Assembly (NCBI GenBank): GCA_951406725.2
Contig: OX597814.1
Coordinates: forward strand, 38,874,001 to 38,938,000
Reading direction: 5' to 3'
DNA from: Octopus vulgaris
Lineage: Eukaryota
DNA: 64,000 bases
Shown here: positions 51,747 through 64,000 of the stretch, in pieces
Numbering within the stretch: the stretch's first letter is position 1
How the letters are laid out: each line of letters starts with the position of its first letter
The notes under the pieces: model-generated
What the model was told of the DNA's origin: nothing
The model's input: only the letters and a program-made list of their open reading frames with translations
Database searches by the model: none
Translations under genes and position numbers: made by a program

Positions 51747-52956
51747 GAGTATATGTAGTTAAACATATACCGTTTGTATATTTGTTCTCTATACTGACAC
51801 AATATATCTCAGTTTAGAAAATATGCACCATGCTTTGCTGGTAATAGCGTATGGTCCAATTCTTTTACTGTACATGCATGCATACTTATATACATATATA
51901 TGCACATAAATGCATGTATAGAAACACGCGCACATGCACACTCACACACACACACACTAAGTTGCGCGCACACACACACATATATGCTGAAAGCAACATA
52001 AGGCTTAAGATCTACTGCAAATAGGTTAAATGATTTATCCCTGATTAGATTATTTAATAATTGATTCCTCAATATATAGGTGATTGCTAAATATCAGAGT
52101 CAATTTATTTAGTTATACCCAGCTCTTTTAATACCCTTGAGTCTATTAAATATTATTCATATTATGAATAAATATATTTTACCTCACTAAAATTAGTTAT
52201 TATTACAAAACTGTTATTTGCAACATAGGATTGCCGATATTAAATATTATTGTTAAACCAGTTAGTTAAAAGAATGAAATACGATTACACGGAATTATGA
52301 GAAATCCAATATGGCTCTTTAAAGTAAAGGAAGTAGTTTTGAAAAAGAAAATCAAATTCAATTATTTAAGATTAAATAGGATTACGATTACAGAACAGAA
52401 AGCAAATCATATAGAAAAAAATTCTCTTTACGATTCAATATTCAAATCGTTAGCATAATATTTTTTTATATTATTCTGGAAAACATATTTTTGATATTTC
52501 TAAAACTCTAAGCTTCTCGAATGTCTGAATAGGATTAAAATAGTTTGGGGGATTATTGAAGAAAAATTGCGTTTATTTTACGTATGATAATCATATAGTT
52601 CTTCTTGTTTATTATTCTAACTATTCAAGACAAACCTGATGATAGATAGCCTAAAAGACTCTGATTTTGTTAGTTGCCATGATATGTTTGTTTGCTATGA
52701 CATTGGAATATAAAGCGTTGTTTTGACTGTAAATATTTGACAATTATTTTAACACATAAAACAACAATTCTTGTTACTTTCTATGCCGAGCGAAAAGATG
52801 AGACTAAAATTTACAAATATATTTGACTTGTAATCAAACATACAGAAACCTACAAACACAACCACACATATATCTGAGTGTGTGTTTGTGTGCGTGGGTG
52901 CGTGTGTTTGTATACCTGCGTGCGTAACTGAATAATATTTGTCAAATTTATGTATA

Positions 52957-53029
<73 letters not shown>

Positions 53030-53619
53030 GTGTGTGCGTGTGTGTACATACATACATACATACATATATATATTCAGGTAAAAATGGATGAATAGCGTTT
53101 CACACACAACATCTGTTTCAGGCACGTTTTATTGGTGAATAGTATTATTACGATCTGTGAAACAAAAAGGTTTCATCAGGTTAGTATACACTAATTAAAC
53201 ATTGAAACAAGACATTCAAATGAATCCGAGTATGTGACATTTCATGAATACCATAAATTCACTTGGTCAAGTGTTTTCTTTGACAACTGATGTAACAAAT
53301 CTATTCATCAATACGTCTGAAGCAATTGTAGTGAGTGAATTACTATCTATCTTTTGTCATTTACTTAAAAGGAGCCTGCAATTAGCGCGGATCTGGAGTC
53401 TATTGAGTGCAGTACGATGGTGTGGTATTTTTACTTCTGCGCGTGGTATATTCAGCCGGACGCTTATGATCGTACATACAATTGGTATATAAAAAAACTG
53501 TCTTTATTTCTGCATATACGTATATTTTCCTTTAACGTTGTGATATACATGGGGTGATTACACTGAACCGAACTTGCAGCTTTACTTTTTAACAACCTGA
53601 TTTATTTGGAAACTGAGAT

Positions 53620-53651
<32 letters not shown>

Positions 53652-54329
53652 CAAAATAATCAACAGGGATATACAGATGTAAAGCTGAGGTTGCATTACC
53701 TCTGGATAGCCTTGTTTCTTATTTTTATTATACTCACCTTATTTTAAATTATATGGATAATACCATACTAATTTCTAGTGCCTTCAACTTATGTACCATA
53801 TTCATCTGAATCTAAATTTTTACATAGCTGCCTTGCTACACTGTTATTACTCCAATACTATTATAAAAATAGCTCGAAATATACACTTAAGTGAGCAACA
53901 CATATATGCTTATAAAGACACCTTTCTACAGCTGGGAAGCATATAACTGACGAATAAATACAATGCTGTTTCAACGGTCGCAGAAAAAGAAACATTTTTA
54001 CTCTTCCTTCGTACCTTCTTTTTTTTTCTCTTTCTTTGCTTTTCTATTGTTTCTCCTTCTAATTAAGCTTCCATAAATTCACCTTACATACGCACGCACA
54101 CACACTTATTCAAATTAAAGGATGTTCTCTTCCTAATTCAACTCCAGATTTTTTCAACTAACTGTTATATATATATATATGAAAGTTACAAATTTTCTCT
54201 AACAAAATCATTTCTGATGAATCTCTGAAACGAGTCAAAACAGTTAAATAAACAATCATCCAAAATTGTGTCTACCTCCTTTTTCTTGATGCATAAAATC
54301 TGTACACAAATTTTAAAAATCTATACATA

Positions 54330-54690
54330 TAGGAAGATGGTATCAAAAGGTTCCAGGTCTACTTCTGCACAGTGCCAACAGATGACAGGACACAGATGCA
54401 TGTGTAGGGTGAGCTAGCAGTGACTTTCACAAGGTAGTTTACCGAGTGACATCACTGTTTACTTCGCAAGTTGTGAAATGTGTGTTTTTGTGTTTGCGTG
54501 TATGCTGTAGTCTATGTTTTTGTCATGGACAGGAAGTTGGAACATAGAGGCAACACGAAATGTTGCCTTGGATTTGGGAAGATAAACTACACAGATATTG
54601 AACATGTTTTGGCAAGCTTTTCGCGGCGAGGCAATGGGTCATATAAAATGTTTTGAGAGTAAGAAGCACTGCAAAAATGGACGAATATGT
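54330..54690 (+). mobile_element. Decayed mariner 5' end
   Basis: TIR-like GGTATCAAAAGGTTCCAGG and an MDRKLEHRGNTKCC..GK start. Same family as 59750-60304. Confidence 0.6.
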
Positions 54691-54751
54691 GGCACTTGGT
54701 GAAGAATGGAGTTTGATGTAGCTACCCTCATTTGCACCTCATGCCTTGAGG

Positions 54752-54821
<70 letters not shown>

Positions 54822-56433
54822 TGTGTGTGTGTGTGTGTGTCTGTAACTTTGTTATAAATTTGAGAGGAGACAATACAGTATAGAATACACGAATTAGACA
54901 ACTAAAATACCTTGTGGAGAATGCTTTCGAACATGAAACTTTTTATATAGAAGTATGTGCAAAATAAAAATAGATAAGCGGTATAAACGGAATAGGCAAG
55001 TAAAATTGTCGGCGTATATTTTAATCAATATGAGGTAAAAGCAATAACATGAAATCAAATCAAAACCGATACCACATTTACGATGGTTAATTACATAACT
55101 TCAACCACATGAAACCCCAATTCTAAATTTATGGATGCTGTGAATGATTTTCTACAACTCTTTTCGTAAAATAAGGTAAATGACCGGTTCAGATACATAG
55201 AAACACTTAAAGGTATAACGAAAGACAGAAAACATCATTCAAAACAAATAAGCGACGATATTTCGTATGATTAAACCTGAGAGGTAGAAACAACATTTAT
55301 AGGTTAGAATTCAAGTCAAATATATATTACCCTCAAAGGTATGGCAGATAATTTTTTTCATGCTCTGCCATAGCGTAGAATACGCTTATTATAAAGTGCG
55401 AAGGTAGTTTTGAGCTAACATTACAGTTTTTGTTAAGAAATGATTGAATTTGACAAATCCTATACAGAAACCTTTTTGTTTTCGCGGAATGACGGCACAG
55501 GAAATGACCTCCTGTAAAGTGCGTTAAAAAACAACAAACAACAGAAATTTACACAAGGTGTTTGGAATACTAAGACGATTGAAGAACAGAAGGAAAATCA
55601 ACGGGGAAAAAATATGTAATAATTGACTTACACAGACAATTCATGTAACAAACTTCAGGAAGTTGTAGATTTAGCTCAGAGCTGTAGCCATGATGATGCA
55701 CCGGCGTTTTGCTACACTGTTATTACTGAGAGCCACCACCAGTATGTGGGACTTGGTGCAGAATGGAGTTTGATTTAGGAAATTAATAAAAGCATACTGA
55801 TAAAATCAGGCATACAATTGACGCAGAAACAGTGGAAAAGGGACGAAATTATTCAGCATCTCCAAAGTGCTTACACAAAATTAGCACACAAAACAATATA
55901 AGATTTTTCCTGAATGTGTCAGTGGTGAAGTTTGTCGTATTCCAAGATTCACAGCAGCACAGATATGATAGTAGGAGGCATAAAGAAAAAAAATAAAGCA
56001 TTTGAATATTTATTCTCAGAAACTAAATATACTCTATGTTCGCCTCACTCTCTTTTACTTTCTCTTTCATTATATAAGTGTGTACGTATGTATGTATGTA
56101 TGTATGTATGTATGTATGTATGTATGTATGTATGTATGTATGTATGTATGTATGTATGTATATATATATGTATATATATATATATACATATTTGTATTTT
56201 TTGCTTTTCTTGTCCGCCTTTGTATCGTCTATGTGTCCGAATGTTATAATGTCTTCTATTGCATTTTGTTCTCTCTCTCTCTTTCTCGCTCTCTATCTCT
56301 CTCCATATATATAATTAGTTAATTATACATACACACACACACACAAACACACGCAAACACACACCCAAACTAAAATTTTATAGATATTAGATACACACAT
56401 ATATATAATTATATATATAAACACACATACACA

Positions 56434-56461
56434 CTAGCAATGCATCCCGGCGTTGCCTGGG
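56434..56461 (-). mobile_element. Helitron-like 3' terminus (hairpin + CTAG|T)
   Basis: Minus strand CCCAGGCAACGCCGGG-ATGCATTG-CTAG|T. A similar decayed end is at 62291-62310. Confidence 0.5.
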
Positions 56462-58734
56462 TGTTATGACCAGCAGGCACATTATATTATTTGCTCCTTT
56501 CTTATGAGCAGAATCGGCACGGATATGTAGTTAATGGCATAATGGAAGTTATTGTTTCTTTAGAAATGAAGTGGGAGGGTACAATTTGCTTGGGGTTGAA
56601 TGAAAGTGCTTTCTGTTCTTAAGAAGGATCACAAACTATGTATTGTTTCTTCGTATAAAAGGGAGTTAATGCGATTTTGTCCAGAAATCTGGTTTTGAAA
56701 ATTCTAATGTTCTCCCACTACCACCGCAATTTCTTAATTTGTAAATTTTTCGATTTTTTTTATAGACGTAGAAAAATACAGAGATATCTATGTATTTATA
56801 GTTTAATTTTTCGTAGAGAAAACTCAATGCATCTTCCCTTACCTGCGCACCTATCATCTACCCGCATTCAAAAATCTAAGTCTCCTAATCTTTCACTTTT
56901 ATCTTATATTCTGCGCATACTTAGAATTCTATTAAAATAGTCAGCTTAAAAAATACCAGACCACTACCACAAAACACGACGTGTCAGAAACAAGAACTAA
57001 ACGACATTATTTCCGAAGAAACTTCTCCGCTTTCCAAACAACTAAATGTGAAACATTGAGGCTGTGTAGATTTTTGAAACCCATGATGTGATGAAAAAAT
57101 ACTTAATGATTCGTACTCTCTGATTTTTTCTCCAAGAAAAATATATTTGAGAAAAGTAAGTGTGGTGAGGGAGAAAATGAAAATATTGAGAACGTGTTTT
57201 GTGGGTGAATTCCTGGTCTCCTGTATCACAAATATAGGAAGATAGAGAAATTTAGGAAAAAGATAAGGCGAAGGAGCGGAAATATCACCTCGGACATGCT
57301 AGAAAGTAAAGGTAAAGGACAGGATTTCTGGGAAAACTTCCTTTTAAGTTTATATCAAACATCTGGTTTTTAAATACGCTCATTGCAAACAAAATTACAC
57401 AATAGAAAAAGATCATTTTAATGGGATTTGAGCTTCAAATTTGCGCGTGCACTATGAAAGAAATATCACAATTCGCAGAAACGTTTTACTTAGTGTGTGT
57501 ATGTGTGCGTGTATGTGCCTGTGTGTGTCAAAGGAAGTTATTTGATGGCACCCTTTCGATTGCAGAACCAAAGTTATCAACTCGATATATGGGGACATAT
57601 GATTATTTGTTAATTACTGTAATTTCAAAAAAATTGTTTGTGCTTTCAAAAGAGCATATATTGAAAGAGAGGATAAACTGAATAGGTGACATTTGCTTTG
57701 AAGTGAGAAGAGAGAGACAGAGAGAAAGTAAAAGAGTGGAGAATGTGGAAGATGTGTGTGAGAGAGAGAGAGAGAGTGAGTGAGTGAGTGAAGGTGTGTG
57801 TTGGGATGTATGAATGTTTTTGCATGTATGTGTAAGTGGCACTCAGTCTCTATCTCTCCCTTTCTCTCACTCTTTCACGCATTATCTTTCATGAACACGT
57901 GCATGGTAAAGAGTACGTACACGACCCGTTTTCGGCGTAAGCCTAACCCTAAACACCGGGTCTGCGTATTCTTTATCTTTGCCCATAACTATATATACTT
58001 ATATATTTTTGTGCGTGAGAGAGAGTGAGAGAGAGGGGGAGAGAGTGACTGTATTTTCTCATAACATATAGAGAAATGCATGTCTTTAAATGCATTTTTT
58101 TTGGTTATGTATTCTTTTAATACAATTTTTACGTGTACAATCTGAGAAGTATTTGTCTCGGTAGAATTATACGCATGCATGCAACATCGGACAAAAGTAA
58201 AACTTTAGAAGCAAATAGAAATATTGTTCGAAAATAACCTCAAAACTGTGTACCCAACGAAGTTGCCAGGGTTATTTTAGTTGTAATATAGTGTTGTTGA
58301 GTGAAAAACATAGTTTATTTGGTAGATAGATAATATACATGTTTCGTAATAACTCACGCAGCGACTATATTCATGGTCAGTCGTGAAGACACACATTGTT
58401 ATTTTAGTTCAAATTGAAAATCTGAAACTAATTGCAACTGCTGGGTGAGGTTCAGGTCAGGATGAGGTGGTGATAAAGTCACATACATATACTAAGACAC
58501 ACACAAAAACATGCATTAACGCACACTTCAAGCCTATCTCTGTTCCTCTGTGTGGGTGTCTTTAGATATGTGTGTGTGTGTGTGTGTGCGAGAGTCATCA
58601 CAAAAATGCATGTATACTGACAGATACATATACCGTCACACACATACTTGTCATTTATTGGCCTAATGTATGTAACAAACGCGCGAACACACTCATATAA
58701 AAATGTGACGTCATCACCTTTGTGATGATGGTAG

Positions 58735-58968
58735 TGGCGGCGAGCTGGCGGAAACGTTAGCACGCCGGGCGAAATGCTTAGCGGTATTTCGTCTGCCGTT
58801 ACGTTGTGAGTTCAAATTCCGCCGAGGTCGACTTTGCCTTTCATCCTTTCGGGGTCGATAAATTAAGTACCAGTTACGCACTGGGGTCGATGTAATCGAC
58901 TTAATACCTATGTCTGTCCTTGTTTGTCCCCTCTGTGTTTAGCCCCTTGTGGGTAATAAAGAAATAGG
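58735..58968 (+). mobile_element. SINE, well preserved; decayed relatives at ~28330-28480, ~29430-29640, ~47740-47820 (minus)
   Basis: GAGCTGGCGGAAACG head, B box GTTCAAATTCC, CCTTTCATCCTTTCGGGGTCGATAAAT core. GGTAGTGG flanks both sides. Confidence 0.8.
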
Positions 58969-59197
58969 TAGTGGTGGTGGTAAAAGATATCGTTTACGAT
59001 AGATAACTAAACGAAACAGTTTTGTAATGCAAATATGCGAACCCAAATATAATTTAGTCAGTAAACAAAATCTTATCGAATCTTTTAATCCTCCGTACGT
59101 CAAAATCATCAACTTGGTTTTGGAATGCATAAGGAACACACGCACACACACAAACACGTACAAACTCTCTTGTATGTATATGTATATATATATATAC

Positions 59198-59271
<74 letters not shown>

Positions 59272-59277
59272 ATATAC

Positions 59278-59510
59278 ATACAGCAAATAAGAAAATTGCA
59301 GGGATACAAAAGCGATATACATCAGCCGGTAGAAATTCTAATATGTCTATTTATTCCAATGTATTAGAAAGTATTAGTAGAATGCATTCATACATATGCA
59401 TGTAGTCTTCCAATATTTTCTAATACTTTGGAATAAATAGACATATTAGAATGTCTACATCCTGATGTATGATGTTTTTTTATCCTTTCCCTTTTCTTAT
59501 TTGCCGTATA
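59278..59510. repeat. Diverged foldback next to (TA)n; family fragment also at ~11875-11955
   Basis: ATTCTAATATGTCTATTTATTCCAA / TTGGAATAAATAGACATATTAGAAT arms. Confidence 0.78.
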
Positions 59511-59749
59511 TATTAAGAGTAAACCACTTTTAACCACGCCAATATATAGCACTCAATTGCGAGATTCCCACGCAGTAACCGGCACTTGGGTATGAAGAGT
59601 TGGACACACAACCTGCAGTATATTTGATTGATACTCTCCTTTAGTTGGTTGGTTTCCCAACAGAAATATATATATATATATATAAGGTGTAGGCGTGGCC
59701 GTGTGGTAAGTATCTTGCTTCCCAATCAGATGGCTTTATTTTCAGTCTC

Positions 59750-60418
<669 letters not shown>

Positions 60419-61174
60419 TATAGAGTAATGATTTAAATATACCGTAAATTGTCTTTTTACATACTGAACACTGCTTGGTAATATTATTAATTACTAATTA
60501 ATTAATTTTACCCTTATTATTATTGACTGTATATATATATATATATATATATACATTCACGCACACATACACATAAATGCACACACATATATACTATTCA
60601 AAGCATTTTGATTCGACTTCATGCGGCATAAATGTTCACTGGTCTCTTTGAGAAAATCGTCTAATTTACGCTTAGATTACCAAATTATTAATTCAATCCT
60701 GTGAAGAGACATATTCCTAATAGAAACCCGCAAAAGATAAACTCGTATGAAGCCAAATCAAAGTGTTCTCTATTATAAAACATGTAACTCTTACTAAATG
60801 TGCTAAGTGACTTTTGCTTTTGCTTCTTCACTCTCCTGAATAAAACGAGTTTCGATTTTATAAAAGTATTCCCAGTGCTTTGTATGACTAAAATCACATA
60901 AGTACATGTTCCACTAGGACTACAGTTGACAGTCTTCCGATTTAAAAAACAAGCAATTTATGTGTGCATGTATTTGTGAGTGTGTGTGTGTATGTGCGAT
61001 GTGAGTGCCTGCGTTTATATGTGTATATCTGAATGTATGTAACTATATGTATACATCCATAAATATTTATATATATATGTATTTATATATATATATATAC
61101 ACACACGTATATATATATATGTATATATATATATATACACACACGTATATATATATGTATATATATATACACAC

Positions 61175-61246
<72 letters not shown>

Positions 61247-61253
61247 TACACAC

Positions 61254-61316
<63 letters not shown>

Positions 61317-61322
61317 TATATA

Positions 61323-61353
<31 letters not shown>

Positions 61354-63399
61354 ACGTATATACACATATATCTTTATCATCATGATTTGTTGAAAACTGC
61401 TTGTCGGATGACTTTTCTTCTAGTATGCATAATTTTCTTTCACCTTCAACTTTATAATTGACGTACGTTCAAGGCTGTGAATTCTAGCGTAATTTTTCAT
61501 GATTATTCATTTCCTCTGTTTCTTTTTTTCTTTATATAATGATTAAGCTGATCTTAAATATGCACTTCTTACACTTATCTGAAAATTATAGATGTGTCAT
61601 GAGTTATTTATAGGCATTAATCTCAATCACTTGTCTGACAGTTAAAACGTGTGAGATTATTATCAACAGTTATTTTCAGTTTCACATTTTCTCTCCACTG
61701 ACTAAATAAAACAAAAACCAATATCTTAAAGTGTTACAGATTAAGATGGTAATATAAATAATTTAATCAATACTATTCAGCCTGTCACTAAATACATAGG
61801 AACCTTTCTAGGAAGATGGTACTTTATTATATGTATAAAACGTAAATACGTTCTTGTCATTTTTTTTTCGGAAATATTGACAACCTGGTTAACAGAAGCG
61901 CATTAGGGAATTATACTTTGTAAATAATTATAATTTTAACCTTGATTTTGAGTGTTTGGGGAGTAGATTTTAGGTGGGTCTGTATTTTTGAGTGTGAGTG
62001 ATGAAGGCAATACTTGAATGTTAGACACCTGTATTGTGTTGGAGTGGATAGTAAACATCATGTGGACTAGCATAAAACCTCAAGAAATCTGATGCATATG
62101 TGTCGACACTGGAATAGTTGGTTGATGTCATCAAAGAATATGAAAAAAAAGATTGTGGAATTTTTTTTACCGTATTGAAAATTCTCATTGAATGAATTCC
62201 TTTAGCTCTCACATCTATGAGGAAGCGACTGTCCACTACAGGCTGTCATAACTGTATACCTTAATCCTAACCGTTTTTGCACTATATGCACTAGGTTTCG
62301 TTGCCTGGGTGGATAATTTAAACAAAGCACTAAAATCTGAATATTTTGTCTATAATATAGTAGAAAATGGTTGATGTTAATGTAGTTGCAATGAAGAAGT
62401 TATAGAATCTATTACAAGTGTTTCTAATTCTAAAGTAGAAAATATTGATGCCTTTCCCATTCCAGTTACTTAGATGTAATTGTTTCTTAGCACGTATCGT
62501 TAATTGTTTAGATTAATATCGATCGATTCCTAAATGGAGCGTTTAGGAAATGAAACAATAAAACTAAACAAATCATATATATAAAAATAAAAATACATCG
62601 AAATAAAGTAAATAATTATAGTGTTATGAAAACACTTCTCTTCAACTTAATTTCCGGATAAATAGTCCGAAATTGCTTTCGTCCTTGGAATATCTAGCTC
62701 ATCAAAATAACGATGGCCAATTACGTTTTTTAGTTCTTAGTCTTTAATTACATATCTTCCCATAAAATACAACGAATACAATCTAAACAAACCGAAAATT
62801 CTAGTACTTTAACTATCATCCTATATTATTAATCAGATCCAACTATCAGTCAAACACTAACGAACACTCGCAAAGGGCTTATAGGAAAATGCTGGCAATC
62901 AGACTATATACAATGGACATAAAATTTATTTTAATTAGTAAATTCTATTATACGAATGTTCATAAAAGCCAGTTATATAAAATACGTGTACGTAAGTGTG
63001 TCTCTGTGTGTGCAAATATGTGTGTGTATATGAACGCGTGTGTATAGATAGATAGATAGATAGATATACACAAAACACACAGCAATGGTATGCAGTTAGG
63101 GCATCCCTTTGTTACCATTTTAACCATCCAGGTACATTGGATCACAAGACTTTGTATCCCTCGCACCTAAAAGACTGAAATCGTTCTATGGTTTCCACCA
63201 TCACTAGACAAACAAAACGTTCTTAATTTTCGGTAATTAATCACAAACAAATTAGTAATTATTAAACTAGTCTCTTTTTTTCATATATTCTACTCTCGAT
63301 GAGAACCAATGTTTCGCGCTTCAAATTTCCTTGGTGTGTTGCTTATTTGGACAGGAACATTTTTCTGTTACTAACTATTTCTCCTACTGCTCTGTACTA

Positions 63400-63950
63400 T
63401 ATTCTTCAATATTTTTGTGTTTCAGTATTTTTAATATACATTTCTAGCTGCAGATAAAATGTCTCCTCCACTCGTGGATAAATAAAACTTTACGATAATA
63501 CTTTTAGGAGAAGGTTTGTTATGTATTAGGAACAGCAACAGTGTTAATCCATCTAGACCATACGTTTCACTGTATGCCTCCTTAAATACTGTAGCAATGT
63601 ATCTCAGTCGGGACATAGCCAAAATTTTGATGAAATTTATTAAATACTTTCCCCTTTTTGCCTTGCTTCAAGAGCTTGTTCGTGTTTTCTCTTATATATT
63701 TTGGAGATTTTAGCCCTTATTTCCTGTCCCCTTATTTTATCCTCGTGCAGCATTCCTAGGTACCCGTATGCTTCATTTACCTTCAGTGGTCTCATTAGGT
63801 CATTTTGTTAAATTTTTCCCATCATATCTATTTACGACTTATCGTCACAATGAATACGGTACATTTATTCAGCCCGAATAACTTACCTGTATAGAGACTT
63901 GTTAAATATGCTTCCATTTTGACCTAAAGGCTCGATAATTTCTTCATTCT
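63400..63950 (-). mobile_element. Highly decayed R4/Dong-like LINE fragment
   Basis: LRYIATV..GLDGLTLLLFLIHNKPSPKSIIVKFYLSTSGGDILS resembles the post-RT motif LDRKTRKLL..H...HPKS...RLYL....GGRGL.S. Confidence 0.55.
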
Positions 63951-64000
63951 TGGTGTGATGTTTGAAGGTATTAATATATACATATATATATAGATGATTT

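Noticed and set aside
54210-54240. CTGATGA-ATCTCT-GAAACGAGTC hammerhead remnant (similar cases at ~12940-13000 and ~53100-53185, minus)
   Set aside because: Core words are present but stem I or II cannot form; kept only as decayed candidates, not called as features.

Overview
AT-rich, microsatellite-dense eukaryotic non-genic DNA. The repeat style suggests a mollusc, probably Octopus (inference). No host exon can be supported. The dominant feature is a young, near-identical partial-tandem Penelope-like retroelement (PLE) on the minus strand (2441-11525): two 4271-bp units plus a 543-bp 5' pseudo-LTR, inserted into (TA)n. Each unit has a 430-aa coiled-coil/basic ORF1 that overlaps an AUG-less RT + GIY-YIG frame by 94 nt in the -1 frame across a U_UUU_UUU heptamer, a candidate programmed -1 frameshift giving a ~1175-aa fusion. 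Each pseudo-LTR carries a minimal hammerhead ribozyme. Elsewhere are about ten unrelated short, mostly (TA)n-embedded and often foldback PLE-derived elements. Most carry hammerhead motifs with variant cores, including one with a compensatory A3-U8 pair. Also present are an intact DD34D mariner, decayed mariners, R4/Dong-like LINE fragments, tRNA-derived SINEs and long microsatellites. All coordinates and folds were read by eye.
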